Of a stretch of 64,000 nt of DNA, positions 49,985 to 64,000 are shown one piece after another (positions within the stretch are counted from its first letter, which is position 1; every line of letters begins with the position of its first letter). The stretch lies in the NCBI RefSeq assembly GCF_009914755.1, contig NC_060941.1. One strand, given 5' to 3'. The notes below the pieces were generated by a model, which was not told the origin of the DNA, ran no database searches, and saw only the letters and a program-made list of their open reading frames with translations. Both the position numbers and the translations under genes were made by a program. The stretch comes from the human T2T-CHM13v2.0 reference genome, Homo sapiens.

Positions 49985-50408
49985 TTTTTTTTTTCTTCAG
50001 CTAAAACAGCGGAAGAGGTGATTTATTATATGGTTGTTACACTCGGCCACAAATAAACACAGAAATAGTCCAGAATGTCACAGGTCCAGGGCAGAGGACC
50101 AACATGGGCATTTTGTTTATGAGCAAGGTGGGTCTCAGAGGTGATCGGCGATCAGAGGGCGATGAAGTTCTAGATCCATTGAGACAAGCTCTAGACAGTA
50201 GCATGCAGTCCCACAACTTGTACCAGCATCCCCAGCATCTGGCATTCCATGTTTCTGCTCCTGTGGCCTCCACAGTGCAACAAGCTAGCGGTTTACTTGG
50301 ACCTCTACCTCATCTTTCTTCTTTTGCGCTTCAGCCTGCGCATTCGCTTCTTCCTCCACTTGGCTCTCATGGTGCAGGTTTCCAAGAAAATGGCGCTAAG
50401 GCCGAGAG
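49985..50408 (-). pseudogene. RPL41 processed pseudogene (near full-length mRNA copy); CDS 50370-50293 with Q22->TAG
   Basis: Reverse complement encodes [24 protein letters not shown]; pyrimidine-rich 5' start, 3' UTR, AATAAA (50022-50027), poly(A), TSD ttaa(t/a)tataaaat-like at 49973-49985 and 50409-50421. Confidence 0.95.
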
Positions 50409-50465
50409 TTAATAATAAAATATTTAAAACATGGCTCCAGGCCATCCAGATGCCTTAACTTGGGC

Positions 50466-50525
50466 TCAGGCTCCTGATACTGATGGGTCTTTTATCTTCC
50501 TCTGATGCCTTTTCTGTGAATTCAC
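50466..50525 (-). pseudogene. LRRC37B-like terminal exon coding part, VNSQKRHQRKIKDPSVSGA*
   Basis: aaacag|GTG acceptor; resembles recalled LRRC37B C-terminus [20 protein letters not shown]; minus-strand AATAAA at 49880-49885 and 49850-49855. Confidence 0.75.
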
Positions 50526-50689
50526 CTGTTTTGGAAGAAAACACAATTAAGGTTATCTATCACAACAACCACTATCTCCAATGTGTATTCATTCCTTTTA
50601 TTCATTTTAAGTCTCATCTACCTGATGAGATAACTTTTTTGAAGACAGGCATTATATGCTGTTTAACAGTACTTTGATTCTTCCACAGT

Positions 50690-51265
50690 TCAGTCATCCT
50701 TGCTACCTTGCAGAGGACTGGTTCTAGGATATCGCCCCCACACCATACCAGAATCTGTGGATGCTCAATCCCTTAAATATAATGGTGCAGTGTTTGCATA
50801 TAACCAACACCCCCGCCCCCATATACTTTATTTATTTACTTACTTAGAGACAGGATCACCCTCTGTCACTCAGGCTGGAGAACAGTGTCACAATCACAGC
50901 TCACTGCAGCCTCAACTTCCTGGGCTCCAGTGATCTGCCCACCTCAGCCTCTTGAGTAGCTGGGACTACAGGTGCATACCACCACACCTGGCTAATTTTT
51001 TTATTTTTATTTTTATTAAAGACAAGGTCTCACTATGCTGCCCAGGTTGGCCTCCCAAAGTGTTGGGATTACAAGTGTGAGTCACCGTGCCTGGTCCCAT
51101 GTACTTGAAGTCATCACTAACAAAATGTATAGATATTGTATAATGGCAACAGTTGTTATACTGTACTTTCTATTTGTATTTTTATTTTTTCTTTCTTCAA
51201 ATATTCAGCCTCATCTAGTTGAATCTGAAGATGTGGACCTGCTGATGAAGAGGGCTGATTGTATC
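50690..51265. mobile_element. MER2-like (Tigger) remnant interrupted by an Alu
   Basis: 'ggactggttctagga...ataccagaatctgtggatgctcaatccctt...gtgtttgcatataacc'. Confidence 0.65.
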
Positions 51266-51376
51266 TAACTTAGGGTCTTGCATGCAGCTGGCACTTAATG
51301 CATTTTATTGACTGTTTTAGCTAACATTCAATGGACAATTCCTAATAAAAAACTCCACTCCCAAAAGTATGAAAAA

Positions 51377-51632
51377 GTGCAAGATGTGCTTTGTTAAACA
51401 GATGCTTGAAGGCAGCATGCTCGTTAAAAGAGTCATCACCACTCCCTAATCTCAAGTACCCAGGGACACAAACACTGTGGAAGGCCACAGGGTCCTCTGT
51501 CTAGGAAAACCGAGACCTTTGTTCACATGTTTATCTGCTGACCTTCCCTCCACTGTTGTCCTATTACCCTGACAAATCCCCCTCTCCGAGAAACACCCAA
51601 GAATGATCAATAAATACTAAAAAAAAAAAAAA
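51377..51632 (+). mobile_element. Heavily 5'-truncated SVA (SINE-R 3' end plus poly(A))
   Basis: 'gtgcaagatgtgctttgttaaacagatgcttgaaggcagcatgctcg...gagaaacacccaagaatgatcaataaa' plus A-tail; TSD aaaagtatgaaaaa at 51363-51376 and 51633-51646. Confidence 0.92.
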
Positions 51633-51889
51633 AAAAGTATGAAAAAAAGGAAACCTGCTCTAAAGTGGCAGGAAAACCAGCCTGGGCAACATAGCGAGAT
51701 CTTGTCTCTACAACGAAAGTTTTAAAATTCACTGCCTGCCTGTAGTCCCAGCCACTCTGGAAGCTGAGGCAGGAGGATCCCTTAAGCCCAGGAGTTTGAG
51801 GTTACAGTGAGCTAGATCACACCATTGCTCTCCAGTCTGGGTGACAACAAGGCCCTGAGAAAGAAAAAACAAAGAAAGGAAAGGAAGGA

Positions 51890-52345
51890 AAGAGTGTAAG
51901 TATTGAAAAGGAAGAGACAAAACTGTCATTATTTGCATATAAAATAATAAATGTTAGCCAAAGAAGCCTAAGAGAATCAACTAAGATTTTACTGGAAGTA
52001 ATATGAGAATTCAGTACGGTGGCTAGAAACAAAATCAAGAGAGCAGCACACAAACCTCAAATGCTTTTCAGATGTACCACCAATAACTAACTAGAAAATG
52101 GAAGAAAGATCCCATTTACAATGGCAATACAAATGTCTGAAGTATTTAGGAACAAAAATACAAAGATCTGTTATCTAACAAAAGACGTGTAAGATCTATA
52201 TGATGGAAACCCTAAAACTCTTCTGAAAGACATTAACAAGAAATGAATACATGACATGAAATACCATGTTCTAGAATGTCGTACAGATGTCAATTCTCAA
52301 ATTAATCTACAAATTTAAGGTAATCCTATTCAAATCCCAAGATAG
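51890..52345 (+). mobile_element. Old L1 ORF2 fragment
   Basis: 'aaactgtcattatttgca', 'atcccatttacaatggca', 'aaattaatctacaaatttaa' L1-like motifs. Confidence 0.7.
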
Positions 52346-52471
<126 letters not shown>

Positions 52472-52526
52472 TGAAGTCTCTTATATGGTGTCCAAGAAAT
52501 GGGGACAAATCTCACAAAGGGACTAG

Positions 52527-52895
<369 letters not shown>

Positions 52896-54287
52896 TAAAG
52901 TGCTTAGTAAAGGTGGTGAGTTTAAGACATTTGTATTGATGCTACCCAAACCTCTTGGTGGAGGGACCTAATGAGCCTGTTCTCCGGTGTGAGGGCAAAA
53001 GAAAAACAGACCCTCAGTGTGTCTTCCCTAAGTTAAGCATCAGCAAATTAATGAAGACAGAGAGGAGCATCTGCAGAAACTGCTGCTCTAATCCAGACAC
53101 ATCCTGAACACCTCCCTCTACCTCAAAATGAACTGTGTGAAACTAGATTTCTGAACCACAGGAAAGGTGGAAAGTATTTTCTAAAGTCAGATGTAGAGGA
53201 GAATCTTCACCTTGAGTCTAAAGTCCCCTTCAGGCCATTGAATATACCCACTCTGATTTGCTGGGTATGTTATACAGAGAAATCATAGAATTTTTGCACT
53301 TACGGTAGAAGAGTAGTCAGGAAAGTATATGGAATTAAAATAGAGCGACGTATTTTCTTTACAAAATTTTTTTTTGCACAATAGCTTAACATAAACACCA
53401 TTTTGGCCAGGCATGGTGGCTCACGCCTGTAACCCCAGCACTTTGGGAGGCTAAGGTGGGCAGATCACCTGAGGTCACAGGAGTTCGAGACCAGCCTGGA
53501 GGGGAGGTTGGAGTGCAGTGGCACAATCTCGGCTCACTGCAACTTCCACCTCTGGAGTTCAAGCCATTCTCGACCCTCAGCCTCCCGATAGCTGGGATCA
53601 CAGGCGCCTGCCACCACGACCTGCTAATTTTTGTATCGTTAGTAGAGACGGGGTTTCGGCATGTTGGCCAGGCTGGTCTCAAACTCCTGACCTCAAGTGA
53701 TCCTCCCAAGGTGCTGGGATTATAGGCATGAGCCACTACGCCCAGCCCTACACTTTGGATTTAACTTTGATTCCTGCCCATATGCAGAGTTTCAAACTGC
53801 TTAAATGTCTGCAACATTTAGCTGCAAGGAAGAAAGCTTAACACAAAGTCCTCCAGGGAGCAAAAAACTGCATCACTACGCCCAGCTAATTTTTTTTGTA
53901 TTTTCAGTAGGGATGGGGATTCACTATGTTGGCCAAGCTGGTGTTGAACTCCTGACCTCAGGTGATCCGCCCCCCTCAGCTCCTAAAGTTCTGGGATTAC
54001 AGGCCTGAGCCACCTGCCCAGCAACAAGGCTAATTTGAGGGTCACTTGTTTGATGCCTTTTCTTGCCCATGCCATAGGTCAGAACTAGGACAAGCAGAGC
54101 AGGTCATATATAAGCTGTGTAAGTCTCTTGGCTGCTTTGTACCTTAGTTTCCCCATTTGAGAAAAACGAATGGATCTTAAGACACACTTTTCAGAGTTCA
54201 TAATGGGCTTATACCCAGCTAACCAATAATTGTATGAGTTTTTATACAAAATAGTTGTTTACACGTATTCATCTTCTATTTCACTTA

Positions 54288-54404
<117 letters not shown>

Positions 54405-54612
54405 TTATTTCAGAACATTTATCATTTGCTGTGAGTCTAATTTACATAGGATGGAACATCACCTCAATCCTTTCTCTGTGCACTAAGGCAATCTCACTGT
54501 GGAAGATACTGGCTTATGATTTATACTTTAATATTGCACATGTGGTGCATTAGCTACAAAACAGTGAACGCTCAGTAAATACCTGTGTTAAGTGATCTTC
54601 ATTTCTCTAGAA

Positions 54613-54824
54613 CAGGATTTCACAACTTCAGTACCATCGACATTTTGGACTATATAACTCTTTGCCGTGGGGGTTTGTCTTACACTCTGCAGGATGTTTA
54701 GCAGCATCTCTGGCCTCTGCCCACCAGATGCCAGGAGCACAACCACAGTTTTGTCAAGCAAAACTGTCTCTGGACATTACCAAATGTCACCTGAGTACAA
54801 AATCACACCAGTTGAGAACCACTG
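54613..54824. mobile_element. MER20 (hAT-Charlie)
   Basis: 'tgcaggatgtttagcagcatctctggcctct...gttgagaaccactg'. Confidence 0.85.
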
Positions 54825-55018
54825 CTCTCTGATGATTCACTATGATCTGTGTAATAATTCTCACACTAATCTTTGCTAGAGACAAAAAGGACTTGCTATA
54901 TAATTTTAGTACCTTTCTACTGGTCAAATTTTAATCATATTTCAAAATGAATAGCAAAGAGGTTTATAATTAAGTTTTATAAAAATTCCAAATGTAATAA
55001 AGTTATATTTGTAACTTA

Positions 55019-55189
<171 letters not shown>

Positions 55190-56542
55190 TCATCTCGACT
55201 CTAAACATTTGGACCTGTAGTTGAACTTTCCAGAGCCCCTAACCCTGCCTGTACCTCTCCTAGAGTCTCGCCTTCATACTTTTAATAAATAAAATATACA
55301 ACTTAATAGACTTTGGAATTAATTTCTCCTGAGAGCAGTAGACTTGATTAGATGCCCTTTTGTAGTCTCATCAAATCCTAGAGTATGAGCTCAAAGCTTT
55401 TATCTGTATATATAGTTACTAATATTAAAACGAATAGCCTCACATTTATACACCTTCCTAGTTGAGGTTTGTTTTCCTAAGCCAGTTCAGTATCAGAAGA
55501 AGTAAAAGACATCCTTTCAACAGCATTTGAAAGGAAGTTACCCCTTTACTTAATACATAACTTTGAACTAATATTCAAATCATATTAATACAATTAATTT
55601 CTATCATATTAATAGAAATTCATTTTTGGTTTTATATTGCTTTAATATTTCATGAAAGCAATTTCTTCAGTTATACAGAGATGGGGCTTTTCCCTCCCTC
55701 TTTACCTGGATGGTGTAACGTTGTCTGGCTGATGTCTCCATCTCTAGTCTCTCCCTTCCTAAACTATCCTCCACACAGTCATCATATAAACTCTCCAGAA
55801 GTGGCTTGCAAAGACCAGCACCTCCTGGGAAATTATTGAGGATGCAAATTCTTGGTCCCACTCTAGACCAACTGAATCCAATAACTATGAGGGCGGAGTC
55901 CAGAACTGAGTTCTAACGTGCCCTCTCAATGATTGTGATGCAGATCCATCTTACAGCACTGCTGTGATAACATGGTTCCCCATGATGGCTCCGCAGCTTG
56001 GCATTCAAAGCCCTAGAAGATCTGGCTCCAATTTCCTACTCTCCCTCCTTGTAATCTACAGGTACTCATGGCATTCCTCGAATACTTTCCTGTGTTTTGC
56101 CCTTCTCCCATTTCCCTTTTGCAAGTTTAGAATATTGTCCCCAAGATGTCTGTCCGATGCTACACAATGGCCCTTCAAAGTCCTATTCAAATGGGATTGT
56201 TCTAGTAACAGCTTCCTGGGTCCAAACTGAAGTCATTTTCCCCTCTTCTATGCTTCAGAAACAATTTATCCCTCCTAGTGCCCACATCCATTTCTTCTTA
56301 TTAATGTAGTTATTTTTCATCCCATTTTTTCTGAGCATAAACTCCTTGAAAGCATGGACTAGGTCTTGCTCATCTGCATTGCCCACCATGTTTAAAACTG
56401 ACACATGGAAATAGTAAATTCAAATATTTGTAAAACAAATGAATAGCTGGCCGGGCACGGTGGCTCATGCCTGTAATTCCAGCACTTTGGGAGGCTGAGG
56501 CGGGTGGATTACAAGATCAGGATATCGAGACCATCCTGGCTA

Positions 56543-56800
<258 letters not shown>

Positions 56801-57912
56801 TTATTTTAAAGCAAATGTAGTTTTATTACTTCATGGCCTCTGCAGCACTTTGGCATCCACTTGAGGGTCTTTACACCCACTTTCCTTAAGCCTTTCACAT
56901 TTGAAAGAATCTGTCTGCAAAAGAGCATCACTAATAAGGATTAATGACATACACACCTCTGCGGACAGAGGATAAGAATCAAGCTTTCATAGCAATTGAA
57001 CATAGTATCTTCTTGTCTCTAAACAGACAGAAATACTATGCAGGTATCCCTTTCTTGGTAACAGGGCTGGGGAGATAGTTACTGTGTAATTAGTGAAGAG
57101 TTAGGGGCATTTCTGATATGCTTCTTACTGTAAACATTTCTAGCTCTACCACTTAACCATCATTTTAAACATCTGTTTTAATATAACAATTCCTGAAATG
57201 AAATCCTTAATACTAGTCTATTCTCTTGGTAGCTTAATATTCTTGATAATATTATTTCTATAATTCAGCTGATTTCAAATATTTAAATGTTAATTTAATT
57301 CCGATTAAATTACCAAAAAATTCTGGATTAATGATGTTCAAATGAATGTAGGTGGTCTATATTTTCTTCTCCTTTAGGCAACAATCTGACGTTAACTTTA
57401 ATTCCTTTCATCCTACTAAACCAACTGTTTCAAATCTTTTTTTGTGAAGGTCAGACAGTAAATATTTTAAGGCTTTGTGGGCCACATATGATCTCTCTCA
57501 CATATTTCTCTTTCTTTTTTCTTTCACAGTCCTTTAAAAATGCAAAAACCATTCTTAACTTAATGGGCTATTAAAAAATAGACCTTAGGTTAGATTTGAT
57601 CTATTGGCTGTAGATTGAATAGAAGAAGATGGTATGTAAACCCTTAGAAAACAAGGTTCATATGGGTGTCAGTCACTGCTCAGATCTTCTTACCATGTGA
57701 AATTTTTTCTGTCAGTATTTTGTCTATACAATTTAAAAACTGAAAATGCATAGGACATAGCGAATGCTAGAGATGGGCTGAGACCCTATACAAACTTACA
57801 GAATTGCAGAATTTTATTGCTGGAAGAAATCTTAGAGATTATCTAATTTGAACCTCTTATTCATTTTAAAGATAATATGACTAAAAACTCAAAAATATGA
57901 TTAACTAACTTA

Positions 57913-58047
<135 letters not shown>

Positions 58048-58160
58048 CTATCTCCTGCATGTGGAGGAAAGCTGGGTCATGGTCATTTCAAGATGGTGGG
58101 ATCTGCTCTGCTTTCGTTCAAACCTTTTCTTCCATTTTCCTTTTCGTGTCCATCCCTCTC

Positions 58161-58407
58161 CACCACCACCACCACACACACAGGCAAGCACACACACACA
58201 CGTGCAAGCACACACATATGCAAGCACACACACACATGCAAGCACACACACACAAGCACACACACACAGGCAAGCACGCACACACACTTGCAAGCACACA
58301 CACACACGCACACACACAAGCAAGCACACACACACATGCAAGCACACACACACAAGTACACACACACAAGCACACACACACGTGCAAGCACACACACACA
58401 AGCACAC
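58161..58407. repeat. CA-rich compound VNTR, unit approximately (tg)caagcacacaca(ca)n
   Basis: Directly visible; about 14 degenerate units. Confidence 0.95.
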
Positions 58408-58937
58408 TGCTCCACTCTTCCCACCAAATTGTATCTTTAATGACTCCTCTCTAGATCATAATATACCTTTCAGAATCCAACTCTGGGTGGCACCAAGATC
58501 AGCAGAACCTCCATTTCCTCCTCTCTTTTCCCAAACCTTATTACAAAAGCCCCACATGGGACCATGTCAGGGCTGCAAGTGAAGCCATTCGACTTTTGTC
58601 CCCCATCAAAAAAATTTGAGAACTACAATGTGCGTAAAGTGCACATAACATAAATGTTGTTTATCTTTAATTTAATTTAACTTAATTTAATTTAATTTCT
58701 GAGACAGGGTCTCATTCTGTTACCCACACTGGTCTCAGACTCCTGGCTCAAGTGATCCTCCTGTCTCTGCCTCCCGAAGTGTTGGGATTGCAGACATGAG
58801 CCACCTCACCTGGCCAAATATTCAGTTTAATAATTATAAAGCAGATACCCATGTAAACATTGTTACAAAAGATTATTGCTAGCATCCCAGAAGCCCCAGT
58901 GTGCCCCTTTCCAACCATATTCCTCTCTCTAACCCTA

Positions 58938-59276
<339 letters not shown>

Positions 59277-60479
59277 TCAAAAAATAAATAAAGCAATTCT
59301 CCTGCCTCAGCTTCCCAAATAGATGGGATTATAGGCACCCACCACCATGCCTGGCTAATTTTTGTATTTTCAGTAGAGATGGGGTTTCGCCATATTGGCC
59401 AGGCTGGTCTCAAACTCCTGACCTCAGGTGATCCGCCTGCCTCGACCTCCCGAGGTGCTGGGGTTACAGCTGTGAGCCACCGCACCTAGTATGTGTTTGA
59501 TTTTTAATTTAGAACTCATGTATGTCTTGTCTATATAAGTCAAACTAATGATGTGACAGAAACTGTTGTGAAAAATGTTACTTTGAATGTAAGCATTTTT
59601 CCAAAATCATTTATGTGTCTCAACTAATTCCTTCTATAAATCAGGAAGACAACGATAAAACAATTCAACAGGAAAATGAACAAAGGACAGAAAACTCAGA
59701 GGAGAAACACAAATGTTCAATAAACATATAAAGATATTTAATTAAATTCATGAGTGATCAGAAAAATTCAAATTTGGATGGAATCCCTTTTATTCATCCA
59801 TAACTTCAACAAAAATTTGGTGAATACCCAACAGTGAAAAGGTGTGGGGAAATGAATGCTGTCACATTCTGCTGACAATACAGTCAGTTGGCACAACATT
59901 TTTGAGGACAATTAAAATTTTATATCTACATAGTCTTCACCCCAACTCTTCCATTTCTAGATATCTATGCTATAGGAATACTTGCCCACTAAGCATAAGC
60001 TCAACATTCATCAATGGGGAAATTATTAAATAAACTCTGATGCATCCATACTATGGATTATGCAGGAGTTTAAATGAATGGGGTGACCCTCTAAGTCCCA
60101 GGAAGGAAAGAAATTATGAAGTGAAAGAATATCATATAAGTGATACCATGAAGTGAAAGAATCAAGTTGCAAGATGTTACCCTTTATGAAAAGAAAAAAG
60201 ATTTTAAAAACCACACAACAAATCTATTTTGCTTTATGTAAATATGTATGTAGGTAAATGGGGAAAAGTCTGGAAGCATGTATACTAAACACACAGTAGC
60301 ATTACCTCAGGGACGAGAAAGTAGGGCAGAAGGAGGGTTTTTGTTATACCTGTTATTGCATTTTTATACATTAAAAATAGAATCATGGGCTGGGGGTGGT
60401 GGCTCATGCCTATAATATGAGCACTTTAGGAGGCCAAGGTGGGAGGATCACTTGAGCCCAGGAGCTCAAGACCAGCCTA

Positions 60480-60899
<420 letters not shown>

Positions 60900-60923
60900 T
60901 CATATTTGGAGAGAATATACTCA

Positions 60924-61013
<90 letters not shown>

Positions 61014-62458
61014 TTATATCCTTGAATAGGCAGGAAAAGAATGAACAGGATAAATAAAAGAATCATGGCAACCTTGTCGGGGATATTCGGAAACAGAAAA
61101 TAACACCTGCTTTCTCATTTCCAGAGCTATCAGCTTCCCAGTTTGCACAATTCATCAAGAAATAATGCAGGGCCGCTGGCACAAATGATGAGGCATCTCC
61201 CGGAAGCTTAACTTCCTATCCATCCCATCTCTTGGACAGACGATGCCAGTTAATTACGTTGAATGTAAGTATTTTATCCAAAAGCACTTATGTGTCTAAA
61301 CAAACTCCTACAAATCAACACAAAAATGGTAAATAATTCAACAGAAAAATGGGCATAAGCTTATCTTTATCGATAAATAAGTAGAAAGAAACCCTATGCC
61401 AGGTAACACCAAAGCTTTGCCCTCTGTTGAAACATCCTAGGCTTTTTCTTTCCACTCTTATTACAACTGATCTGATTTAGCCCCTTCACACTTTACTCCT
61501 ACATTTTGCTAGACCTTTCTATTTTGTCTCCCTGAAATAAGCTTTTCCTTTTGGGCACTCTACATATGGATTCTAAAATAATCCTTTGCATGTCTATACT
61601 TGAACATAAAGCAAAAAAAACAAAATAAAATAAAATAATCTTCCTGTTTTAATCATTTAATCTCTCTTGCTTGGAAACTTTCAATGGCTTTCCATACCTC
61701 ATTGTGTACTCTTTAAGACCCAAGTAAACTTTTAGCTTATCCATGTAGCTTTCCCTGATCTCCACACCTCAAGGACCACAGATTCTGGTAAATTCTAGCA
61801 ACGATGGTATGCATTATCTTTCAGGAATTAATTATATACACCGCCCTTTTTATGCCTATTCTCTTTCTTCCCTCCTATCATCTTCATGTTCTGCGGACAA
61901 TAGCATACTTTGTCCTGGGTTTGTCACAAAATGAGTGCTACATATAAAAAGCCAGGGACAAAGAGGAGTTCTGGACATAACTAAAGGACAGAGTAATCAT
62001 GTTAACAGCCAACACTCCTACATATGCTAGGCACTGATGAAGTGTTTCATATATTCACTCACCCAAATTTCACAACAATCCTATGAAATGGTAACTAGCA
62101 TAATCCCCAGTTTAAAAGGAGGAAATTGAGTCACAGAGCAGAATAACTTGCTCTGGATCACCAAGCTAATAAACAGACCTGGGTTCAAACCCAGGCAGCC
62201 TGGCTCCAGAATCAATTCTTAACCACTTAGAGCATCATCACTGAGATCGGGAGAGTGACAGGCTGCTGTAAAGAAGGTGAAGCGGGCCAGGCGCGGTGGC
62301 TCACGCCTGTAATCCTAGCACTTTGGGAGGCTAAGGTGGGTGGATCACCTGAGGTCAGGAGATCAACATGGAGAAACCCCGTCTCTACTAAAAATACAAA
62401 GAATGTTTTTTGTGTGTTGCCAGGTGTGGTGGCACATGCCTGTAATCCCAGCAACTCA

Positions 62459-62563
<105 letters not shown>

Positions 62564-62878
62564 TCAAAAAAAAAAAAAAAAAAAGAGGGTGAAGCGAAAA
62601 TAGGAGCAGAGCAGCGGTTAAGCAATGATGTGATGGGGTAAATAAGAATGGATAAGAAAACAAGTAAGAGTAAAAGACTGGAGAAAAAGTAAAAGACTGG
62701 AGAATGGGTCTAACATTAAAGGAGAATGAGGAGAAGGGAGAATTGACAAGCAAAGGTGAAAGCAGAAAGTCAGTTGTCAGTATGGCTTGGGGAGATAAAG
62801 AAGGCCCTGGAAGGCCTCCAGGAAAAGGCTGCCATGTCAGGCAAGACACAGAGGATGATTGAGGAAAGGTGATTCTTA

Positions 62879-64000
<1,122 letters not shown>

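Noticed and set aside
50104-50412. 102-aa plus-strand ORF
   Set aside because: It is the antisense strand of the RPL41 retrocopy.

Overview
Human genomic DNA, recognisable as 17q11.2 proximal to NF1 (+ strand matches the RNF135 sense strand). Positions 1-15.7 kb hold exons 2-5 and the 3' UTR of RNF135 (Riplet, a RING/PRY-SPRY E3 ligase for RIG-I). Its intron 3 contains an Alu-derived cassette exon, and the distal poly(A) signal lies inside an LTR. From about 23.1 kb the window is a mosaic segmental duplication, probably NF1-REPb, built from unrelated gene pieces. In order: (1) an unprocessed, frameshifted copy of YWHAE (14-3-3 epsilon) exon 2 on the minus strand, fused head-to-head to (2) a SMURF2 CpG-island promoter with exons 1, 3, 4, 5 and 6 (exon 2 not found; indels in exons 4 and 5); (3) a ~2.3 kb segment of unidentified origin; (4) a convergent minus-strand LRRC37B-type pseudogene with a frameshifted large exon, four LRR exons (one with a dead acceptor) and a terminal exon carrying an RPL41 retrocopy, with a truncated SVA in the intron upstream of it. 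Several junctions coincide with abruptly truncated Alus. The most unusual item not explained by annotation is a ~108-nt hairpin in SMURF2-derived intron 3 that buries the 3' splice site of a candidate 114-nt stop-containing (poison) exon. Gene identities and comparisons to parent genes come from recalled sequences, not database searches. No prokaryote-type systems (CRISPR etc.) are present.
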